The notes beneath the pieces were generated by a model, which was not told the DNA's origin, ran no database searches, and saw only the letters and a list, made by a program, of their open reading frames with translations. Position numbers and translations under genes: made by a program. From Octopus sinensis (lineage: Eukaryota), in assembly GCF_006345805.1 (NCBI RefSeq), contig NW_021830017.1, forward strand, positions 1-5,477: DNA of 5,477 nt, written 5' to 3'. Positions 1-5,477 of the stretch are shown here, piece after piece (within the stretch, counting starts at the first letter, position 1; every line of letters starts with the position of its first letter).

Positions 1-144
1 ACGAACCTCTGCAGAATATGTGGGAAGAGGGTCAAAAGCGTGACTCACATTGTTAGTGCTCGCAAAAGTCTTGCGCAGAAAGAGTACAAGCGCAGACACG
101 ACAAGGGAGCCCAAAACCTTCACTGGCTACTATGCCGGAAATAA
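1..144 (+). mobile_element. R4/Dong-like non-LTR retrotransposon relic, CCHC zinc knuckle plus RHD motif (part 1)
   Basis: Frame 1 translates TNLCRICGKRVKSVTHIVSARKSLAQKEYKRRHDKGAQNLHWLLCRK*. This is C-X2-C-X8-H-X4-(C>R; CGC in place of TGC) followed by LAQKEYKRRHD..HW.LC, the motif that precedes the RLE domain in R2/R4/Dong-type elements. Not in the ORF track (no start codon). Confidence 0.9.
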
Positions 145-194
145 AGAGACAAGATAACAGGCGCCTGATACCAACATACACTATATACACACAT

Positions 195-201
195 AATAAT
201 G

Positions 202-275
<74 letters not shown>

Positions 276-372
276 AAGAAGAAGAAAAGAAGGAGGAGGA
301 GGAGGAGGAGGAGGATGGGGAGTTGGAGGAGGGAGTAGGAGGAGGGAGGGAGGGGCAGGAGGTGGAGGAGGA
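195..372 (+). repeat. Compound trinucleotide microsatellite (AAT)14-(AAG)13-(AGG)8 plus degenerate GGA/G-rich tail
   Basis: (AAT)14 at 204-245, (AAG)13 at 246-284, (AGG)8 at 291-314, degenerate GGA/GGG runs to ~372. It produces the poly-N/K/R/I/L/P/Y/S ORFs in the track. Confidence 0.97.
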
Positions 373-373
373 T

Positions 374-547
374 GCTGGAAAGATATAGTGCAATCATCGA
401 GTCGAAAGAGTACAGGAGTCGGAAAAATGTAAGATTTTGTGGGACTTTCCACTTCAAACGGACAAGAAGTTAGAAAATTATAGACCAGGCATAACAATTA
501 TAGACAAGGATCGTAAATTCCAGGATCGTATAGAGAGGAAGAAAATA
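374..547 (+). mobile_element. R4/Dong-like non-LTR retrotransposon relic, restriction-like endonuclease domain (part 2, inactivated)
   Basis: Frame 2 from 374: AGKI*CNHRVERVQESEKCKILWDFPLQTDKKLENYRPGITIIDKDRKFQDRIERKKI. It matches the R4/Dong pattern W.H....E....KILWDF.IQTD..L..NRPDI.IIDK. There is a stop at 386-388, the catalytic RPD reads RPG (488-490), and the following C.IID.A.P segment appears deleted. Confidence 0.88.
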
Positions 548-693
548 GTCACAATATTATTATTTAAAATATTTAAACGTACGGGTTGTGCGAATACAAA
601 TCTGTTAAATAACCGTTCGGAGCTATGACCATCTTGCATACATTGCATAACCCGTACGTTTAAATATTTTAAATAATAATATTGTAACTATTT
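543..693. repeat. 51-bp inverted repeat (arms 543-593 and 643-693, 49-nt spacer)
   Basis: AAATAGTCACAATATTATTATTTAAAATATTTAAACGTACGGGTTGTGCGA pairs with the reverse complement of 643-693 at 48/51 Watson-Crick positions. The exceptions are one C/A mismatch (550/686) and two G-T pairs (588/648, 592/644). Confidence 0.97.
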
Positions 694-1470
694 CCGAAAT
701 TTTTCAAATTCTAATTCTTTATAACCAAATAAGAATGAATACCATACTGGTTTTTTAATTCAACACCTAGATTATTACAAAAACTTCATTGCAAACTTGG
801 AATTAAATTCTCCCTTTTTTCTTTTTTTTTTTTGTTTAATCTCCTATACTAAATAGTATAAAGTCTATGTCCCTAAAGAAACTACTCAGTTCACCTCGAT
901 TATCTCACTTCCACTTCTTAATATATCATTAACCTAGGATATTTTTACCTAACTAATTAGCCTTTCTCCGCAGGTAGTAAATACTATGTCTAACAGATTC
1001 TATATTTTAATTCATTAATAACATTTCACTACCTACGAAATCTGAGTAATTTACAAAATCTGTTTGCCAAATAGTAGTAAACAGCCTCTGTAGCATTACA
1101 ACCCTTTCTCTACCTTAATTTCTTTATATAGAACTTTGACTTTCACCCCTATTTCTATAAATAGAAAATCTTTCTTATCTTCTTTCAATTGATCATTCTT
1201 CCCAAACCTTCTAACAGTTCAAAACAACTGAATATTCTGAATATTCTTGAGTCAGTTGATAAACTCTACTACCTAAATGTTCTTAAAATTTAAGTCGACA
1301 TCCTTGTCTATATATCTACCTTCTCTATAATGTTATCAATTTATATGAAAATTATGTATTAATGGAAAACCTCTATTAATGGCTGATGATTGCTCAGCAT
1401 TTTAAAACTGTTGTAATACTTACAACATTTAATAAAATGATGTAGCGTGAAACGATCGTAACCAAATTAC
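640..1470 (+). mobile_element. Heavily decayed Penelope-like retroelement (RT thumb/linker, GIY-YIG remnant, pLTR end)
   Basis: Collinear motif remnants across frames: NKNEYHTGFLIQHL (728-769, like L.KNGYP..FI), IISLPLLNIS (899-928, like I.LPY...IS), KS-[frameshift]-VIYKIC (1038-1063, like SGVVYKI.C) and SNSSKQLNILNILESVDKLYYLN (1210-1278, like L.ILES..I.K..P.LN, with a 9-bp CTGAATATT duplication at 1228-1245). A hammerhead motif follows where a pLTR is expected. Many stops; the YIG motif was not found. Confidence 0.55.
1377..1469 (+). ncRNA. Type I hammerhead ribozyme-like motif with very long helix II
   Basis: CUGAUGA 1383-1389; ~24-bp helix II 1391-1447 capped by UGUUGUAA-UAC-UUACAACA; GAAA 1449-1452; palindromic helix III ACGAUCGU 1452-1459; GUA triplet 1458-1460; helix I UAAUGG (1377-1382) with CCA-aa-UUA (1462-1469). 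Defects: U-U at the helix II base and an extra A at 1461. Confidence 0.7.
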
Positions 1471-1499
1471 CGAAGTTATTCTTGTGCTTTTTTTTTGAT

Positions 1500-1564
1500 T
1501 TATATATATATATATTATATATTAAAATATTATATATATATATATATGCATGTATGTATGTATG
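1500..1564. repeat. Interrupted (TA)n tract followed by (TATG)n
   Basis: TA repeats at 1500-1547, then TATG units to ~1564. It begins ~30 nt after the hammerhead motif. Confidence 0.93.
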
Positions 1565-1696
1565 TCTATATGCGTATATTATAAATTATTAATTATGTAT
1601 GCATACACAGCTTGCACTATAGCACAACCCACTCAACAACTCTGTTTCGTAACGATCACTGCAGAGAGAGGTGTATGTTAAGCAACATACTTTTAG

Positions 1697-1816
1697 GTGT
1701 GCATGTGCGCGTGTGCGTGTGTGTGTGTGTCTGTCTGTGTGTATGTTTGTGTGTGTGTGCGTGTGTGTGTGTGTCTGTGTCTGTGTGTATGTTTGTGGTG
1801 TGGTGCGTGTGTGTGT
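1697..1816. repeat. Imperfect (TG)n microsatellite
   Basis: Interrupted TG/CG/TCTG repeats, which generate the VC/HT ORFs 1589..1852 and 1612..1848. Confidence 0.95.
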
Positions 1817-2188
1817 CTGAGTGTTTGTTTTTGTGCAGAATGACTTAGGCAAAGTAAGCTCCAGGCAAGTGAAATATGGTTATCGCGTTTAATTTATATC
1901 AATTTCCCTTCATTACTTTCGGCCCTTATAAATTCTCCATTCTCTGACCCTTTATTTGCTTATGTATTTATTATATTATCGTATTTTACGAAGAATGGTG
2001 TTGTTGGCTGCTCGTTTTCAACGGAGCAATCGTTGGAGAGAAAAGGAAGTGTCTATGTAAGCAGGACGATAAAATACCACTTATTTATATCGGAAAGCGT
2101 TATCGTCTGCTATTTCTTCTGTCCGAAAATTTCAGTTTCAACCATAAAATATATACAAATTAGCAAATTCTTCCTTTCCACGTGCGCC

Positions 2189-2332
2189 TGTGTGTGTGTG
2201 TGTGCGCGCGCGGGGGGTGGTGTGTGTGTGGTGTGTGTGTGTGTGTGTGTATGTGTGTGAGCGCGTGTGTGTGTGTGTATGTGTGCGTGTGTGTGTGTGT
2301 GTGTGTTTGTGTGTGTACGCGCGCGTGCGTGT
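2189..2332. repeat. Imperfect (TG)n microsatellite with short (CG)n inserts
   Basis: TG repeats with GCGCGCGC and ACGCGCGCGT runs; an alternating purine-pyrimidine tract. Confidence 0.95.
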
Positions 2333-2406
2333 ATATATGTATCGTCAGCTGTTCATATAAAGAAAGAAGCATGCTCTAAAAAAATTAAAGTATAATTATA
2401 TTTAGA

Positions 2407-2544
2407 GGGTTGTTTGTTATTAGGGGTCAGAGAGAGACCATTGATTTCGCACCTACAAAGCGCTTAGCCATTTGAGACTGAAGAGTCGCCTATACAGCTA
2501 ATTGAAACCATGGTCACTTTCTGACCTGCCATAACAAACAACCC
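2407..2544 (+). mobile_element. 138-bp foldback element (42/41-bp inverted arms) carrying a decayed hammerhead; probable PLE pLTR end with inverted copy
   Basis: Left arm 2407-2448 is GGGTTGTTTGTTAT-TAGG-GGTCAGA-GAGA-GACCAT-TGATTTC. The reverse complement of the right arm (2504-2544) is GGGTTGTTTGTTAT-GGCA-GGTCAGA-AAGT-GACCAT-GGTTTC, giving ~34/42 matches. (TA)n follows at 2547. Confidence 0.75.
2474..2519 (+). ncRNA. Degenerate type I hammerhead ribozyme motif
   Basis: CUGAAGA 2478-2484; poorly paired helix II 2485-2503; GAAA 2504-2507; palindromic helix III ACCAUGGU 2507-2514; GUC triplet 2513-2515; helix I reduced to G-C, A-U and G-U with an A/A mismatch at its base. Confidence 0.6.
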
Positions 2545-2546
2545 GC

Positions 2547-2587
2547 TATATATATATATATTATATATATATATATATATTTATATA
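2547..2587. repeat. Interrupted (TA)n tract shared by two tail-to-tail hammerhead elements
   Basis: TATATATATATATA-TTATATATATATATATATAT-TTATATA. Confidence 0.95.
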
Positions 2588-2790
2588 AACGGGAAGCTTT
2601 ATATGAATAGACAAAAGACTAAGGCAGGTGGAAAACAAACAAACAATTGTATTAGTAGGGCGCTTCAGGAAATATAATAAAACAGTCTTTAACGTTTCGA
2701 GCCTACGCTCTTCAACAGAAAGATACACAGAGAGAAAAAAACACAGAAAGAAGAGAGAAAAAAAATGCGTGCAGTAACTAACGAATCAAC
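2588..2790 (-). mobile_element. ~200-bp hammerhead-containing short element (PLE pLTR-like / non-autonomous) embedded in (TA)n
   Basis: A non-repetitive 203-bp block bounded on both sides by (TA)n (2547-2587 and 2791-2810). It carries a minus-strand minimal hammerhead preceded by a pyrimidine-rich stretch, and has no ORF. Confidence 0.7.
2686..2723 (-). ncRNA. Minimal type I hammerhead ribozyme (short palindromic helix III, dimer type)
   Basis: The minus strand reads UCUUU-CUGUUGA-A-GAGC-GUAG-GCUC-GAAA-CG-UU^-AAAGA: 5-bp helix I, perfect 4-bp helix II, ACGU palindromic helix III, GUU triplet, predicted cleavage between 2691 and 2690. One core variant, A6>U. Confidence 0.82.
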
Positions 2791-2810
2791 ATATATATAT
2801 ATATATATAT
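2791..2810. repeat. (AT)10 microsatellite
   Basis: Perfect (AT)10 directly bordering the 2588-2790 element. Confidence 0.97.
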
Positions 2811-3021
2811 AAAGTACATTTGCTTACAATCATATTTCTTTTCACAGCTAAATCAATGAAATTTATAAAAATTAAATCGCTTTATAGTTTCACCCGGTTT
2901 CCCAGTATTTCAGAATTAGGATCTCGTCCTCGGGAAATCTTTGGAGAAAACTAGATTATCGCTGACTTATGCACACATACACACACGTAAGACTTGTGCA
3001 TAGTTGCTGCTGTCAGTTATC

Positions 3022-3128
3022 ATTCAAAGAGAAGACATTGATCAAATCGTAGCTGAGAAAGAAGACACTTTCTCTTGGTGTCTTGCAAATGGTCTGATTG
3101 GAGAAGCACTCGATTGAAAAGCAATGCT
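3022..3128 (+). mobile_element. Possible Merlin/IS1595(ISXO2)-like transposase N-terminal remnant
   Basis: Translates IQREDIDQIVAEKEDTFSWCLANGLIGEALD*, then KQC after a frameshift. This resembles the W(C/L)...GL(I/L).....CxxC N-terminus of Merlin-type transposases. Recognised by eye only; no DDE domain is seen. Confidence 0.3.
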
Positions 3129-3386
3129 TCAACCACAATGCTATATTTAGTTGTACTCATTGACTTCGATTACTATTTGACTGCATTTAAGAAATTATAT
3201 GTGTCTATCCACCTAGCCGAAAAGATTATATAAATGGCATGTTTTTGATGTTCTCGTCTTTCCTAAGAACAGAAAGCAAGAAATACTTTCGAATGTGACA
3301 TTGAACACACGTCGCAGAATCGACTTCTCGGGGGCGTATCACTGCTCCGCTGCACGTTCTTTGAGTATTTTAATTGATAAAAGTTT

Positions 3387-3691
3387 TATATGTATGTATG
3401 TGTATGTTTGTTTGTATGTATGTATGTATGTATGTATGTATGTATGTATGTATGTATGTATGTATGTATGTATGTATGTATGTGTGTGTGTATGTATGTA
3501 TGTATGTATGTGTGTATGTATGTATGTATGGTATGTATGTATGTATTCATGTATGTATGAATACATATATGTGTGTATGTATGTATGTATGTATGCGTGT
3601 GTATGTATGTTAGTGTATGTATGCATACATATATCTCCTTTCACATGTTTCAGTCATTTAACAGCGTATGTATGTATGTATGTACGCATGC

Positions 3692-3734
<43 letters not shown>

Positions 3735-3900
3735 GTATATATATATAAGTATATTTGTATATGTAAATATAGATATTATGTACATGCTCACATAAATAGA
3801 GTCCCGCATGCACACACATGTGCCTGAGTGTTTGTATATATACGTACATATATGTCCTAATGACTAGGCATGTATATATATGCATGCGGCTATGGTTTTG
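3387..3900. repeat. Compound (TATG)n / (TA)n / (TG)n low-complexity array
   Basis: Long TATG run from ~3389 to ~3623, further TATG at ~3666-3682, TA-rich 3694-3780 and mixed AT/GT/CA units to ~3900. It explains the YVCM/IHTY ORFs. Confidence 0.95.
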
Positions 3901-4022
3901 TATTTAATGTTTTTATATGCATACATTTATGTCTGCTTGTATTTACACGTGCAAGTGTATACTTAGTTGTTATTACCCTCTTGTTCTCCTATCCTGTCAT
4001 TTTTTCTAACTGTGCGATTGCA

Positions 4023-4031
4023 TGTGTGTGT

Positions 4032-4100
<69 letters not shown>

Positions 4101-4119
4101 AGAGAGAGAGAAAGAGAGA
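4023..4119. repeat. (TG)n-(AG)n compound microsatellite
   Basis: TG repeats at 4023-4100 followed by AG repeats to ~4119. Confidence 0.96.
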
Positions 4120-4550
4120 AAATGGACTAGTCGGGGACCACACATGAGTACTCAGTAACAAAAAATAAGATAAGGATTTATTGTTACTGAACAACCTGCA
4201 AAAAGAATTTGATTTAAATGAAGTATATTTGCACAAAGCCTATCGCACACTCACCCCACATTGTATGACCTAAACTGATCTATTGCGCCACGTGCCAAAC
4301 ACAAAAGAACGCATGTAAAGATGTAAAACCCACCAAGCTTGGCACTGGGTCCCTTCACAGTCCACATCGCATATGAAGTGTCCTTTTCTTTTGTCAACTA
4401 AAATCAGACATATATGCAGGAATGCAGGAAACAGCATATTTAAGAACAGGATGTTTGAAACCCCTTTCTTTTATGGTTCAGATTTTGTGGTCGTAGAGCG
4501 CGTTTGCGCAGCATTTCTATGTGCCCACGATTTAGTATTTCTATCTGACC

Positions 4551-4709
4551 ATGGAAATAGTAAGTGTTGATTTTGTGTTTGGTTCATTCATCCTTTACGC
4601 AGGTCTTGTTTTTGTTTTGCAGGATGTATGGCGACACTCCTCACCGACCAAACCTGATAACGGTGCTAATTTAGTCACCGACGAACTGATCACGTCACAG
4701 GATATATAG
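4551..4709 (+). other. Candidate spliced micro-ORF (ATG GAA ATA | 63-nt intron | 28 codons + TAG)
   Basis: ACCATGG Kozak-like context at 4548-4554, GTAAGT donor at 4560-4565, T-rich tract plus CAG acceptor ending at 4622. The spliced product would be MEIDVWRHSSPTKPDNGANLVTDELITSQDI*. No homology recognised. Confidence 0.2.
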
Positions 4710-4771
4710 GATTACATGGTATTAAGTAATTCTTGGAGCAGCCTATCATAATGCTACACACATATGTATAT

Positions 4772-4833
4772 ACACACACACACACAGGCCCGTGTGCATA
4801 CACACAAACAAACACACACACACACACACACAC
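4772..4833. repeat. Interrupted (CA)n microsatellite
   Basis: CA runs at 4772-4785 and 4801-4833. Confidence 0.93.
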
Positions 4834-4920
4834 ATCTGTACGCATTTGTATGTCTGCGTTGCATTTCCTTTCGTTTCTTCCTTCCTGTCTTCAACGCTTT
4901 CAACTCAGCTGGTTTTATAA

Positions 4921-4936
4921 TCTCTCTCTCTCTCTC
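4921..4936. repeat. (TC)8 microsatellite
   Basis: TCTCTCTCTCTCTCTC. Confidence 0.93.
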
Positions 4937-4945
4937 TGACCATCG

Positions 4946-5071
4946 CTACTCTTCCCTAGCCTTCGCCACTTCAAACCGTTCTCTTATTTTCACTTCTGTA
5001 TCACTTTCACTACCACCATTGTATATATACTTCAACGCCAATGCATATTTCTCTTCTTCTGAGTAAGAGTT
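4946..5071 (-). other. Candidate minus-strand exon or transposase N-terminal scrap (41 codons)
   Basis: The minus strand has TTTTGTCTTGTGCTTTGCATAG (acceptor-like) followed in phase 0 by NSYSEEEKYALALKYIYNGGSESDTEVKIRERFEVAKAREE*. The composition is protein-like; no family was confidently recognised. Confidence 0.22.
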
Positions 5072-5206
5072 CTATGCAAAGCACAAGACAAAACGTATTT
5101 CCTCACGGCAGAAAACATTATTTCACCGTTTGAATTATTTCATTATTTTTTGCTGATAAAAAATATCCCTCAGGTCATCGGATTCTACGATAATTGTCGC
5201 AGATTC

Positions 5207-5220
5207 GGATTGAACCTGGA
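5207..5220 (-). promoter_or_regulatory. Pol III B-box-like motif, possibly a tRNA-derived SINE remnant
   Basis: The minus strand reads TCCAGGTTCAATCC, matching the GGTTCRANNCC-type B box. No convincing A box or cloverleaf was found. Confidence 0.22.
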
Positions 5221-5477
5221 CCTACAAAACGATGACTTTGGACGTTTTATTTATTTATTTATTTAATCAATTAAAGCTTAACAAAGATAATTTCCAAATG
5301 GATCTGCTCTGGAATTCACGAAACAGGGCTTTTAATTCTTACTAAATTGATAGTACCACCCAAAAATGTAAATTACTACAAACCGGACGAGGATAAGAAC
5401 TATCCGTTGCCTGAAACATCAAAAGCTATCCTAGAGTGATAATGACGACTAACCGAATTTCTTGTTTCAGCCGTCAT

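Noticed and set aside
53-497. Overlapping 68-134 aa ORFs with poly-L/F/I/P/N/K/R/Y/S runs
   Set aside because: They are translations of the (AAT)/(AAG)/(AGG) microsatellite in several frames, not proteins.
1270-1320. Minus-strand IYRQGCRLKF*EHL, superficially like the GIY-YIG YIGQT.R.L..R..EH motif
   Set aside because: It is a single weak match. The plus strand gives four collinear PLE motifs plus a downstream hammerhead, so this is treated as chance.
1672-1690. 7-bp hairpin GTATGTT-AAGC-AACATAC
   Set aside because: Short and AT-rich, so expected by chance.
2061-2110. 11-12 bp imperfect inverted repeat GCAGGACGATAA / TTATCGTCTGC
   Set aside because: Too short, with no TSD or other element features.
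2884-2928. Minus-strand CTGAAAT-ACTGG-GAAA-CCGGGT-GAAAC, a possible fourth hammerhead
   Set aside because: The core is not CUGANGA, and there is no palindromic helix III with an NUH triplet and no helix I pairing.
4145-4190. TGAGTACTCA palindrome overlapping a 15-bp hairpin TCAGTAACAAAAAAT / ATTTATTGTTACTGA
   Set aside because: No supporting context; not distinguishable from chance in AT-rich DNA.
1589-4236. ORFs rich in VC, HT, YVCM and IHTY repeats (1589-1852, 2033-2379, 3295-4236)
   Set aside because: They are stop-free only because they run through TG/CA/TATG microsatellites. The apparent Cys/His richness is not a metal-binding domain.
4654-4700. CTGATAA-CGGTG..CACCG-ACGAACTGATCACGTC, hammerhead-like
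   Set aside because: It would need a core substitution plus two insertions, and no helix I can form. An imperfect local ~20-bp direct repeat (CACCGAC..CTGAT.ACG) explains it equally well.
4733-5066. ORFs 4733..4939 and 4764..5066 on the + strand
   Set aside because: They are seeded by CA and TC repeats and have no recognisable domain.
1-5477. CRISPR array, tRNA, rRNA or prokaryotic operon
   Set aside because: No regularly spaced direct repeats with unique spacers, no cloverleaf or rRNA-like segment and no dense coding. The window is eukaryotic repeat-rich DNA.

Overview
AT-rich, very microsatellite-dense eukaryotic non-coding DNA. The style resembles large invertebrate genomes such as octopod cephalopods, but the taxon is an inference only. 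No intact gene is present, and nearly all listed ORFs are translated microsatellites. The unique sequence between the repeats is a stack of retroelement relics. (1) A dead R4/Dong-type restriction-like-endonuclease (RLE) non-LTR fragment (1-545, +) is split by an (AAT)14-(AAG)13-(AGG)8 insertion. (2) A decayed Penelope-like (PLE) RT-thumb/GIY-YIG remnant (~640-1470, +) has a 51-bp inverted repeat at its 5' junction. (3) The main signal is three different type I hammerhead-ribozyme motifs, each ending near a (TA)n tract. They lie at 1377-1469 (+, ~24-bp helix II), 2474-2519 (+, decayed, inside a 42-bp foldback) and 2686-2723 (-, near-complete minimal form in a ~200-bp element embedded in (TA)n). 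Weaker calls are a Merlin/IS1595-like transposase scrap, a Pol III B-box and two candidate micro-exon signals.
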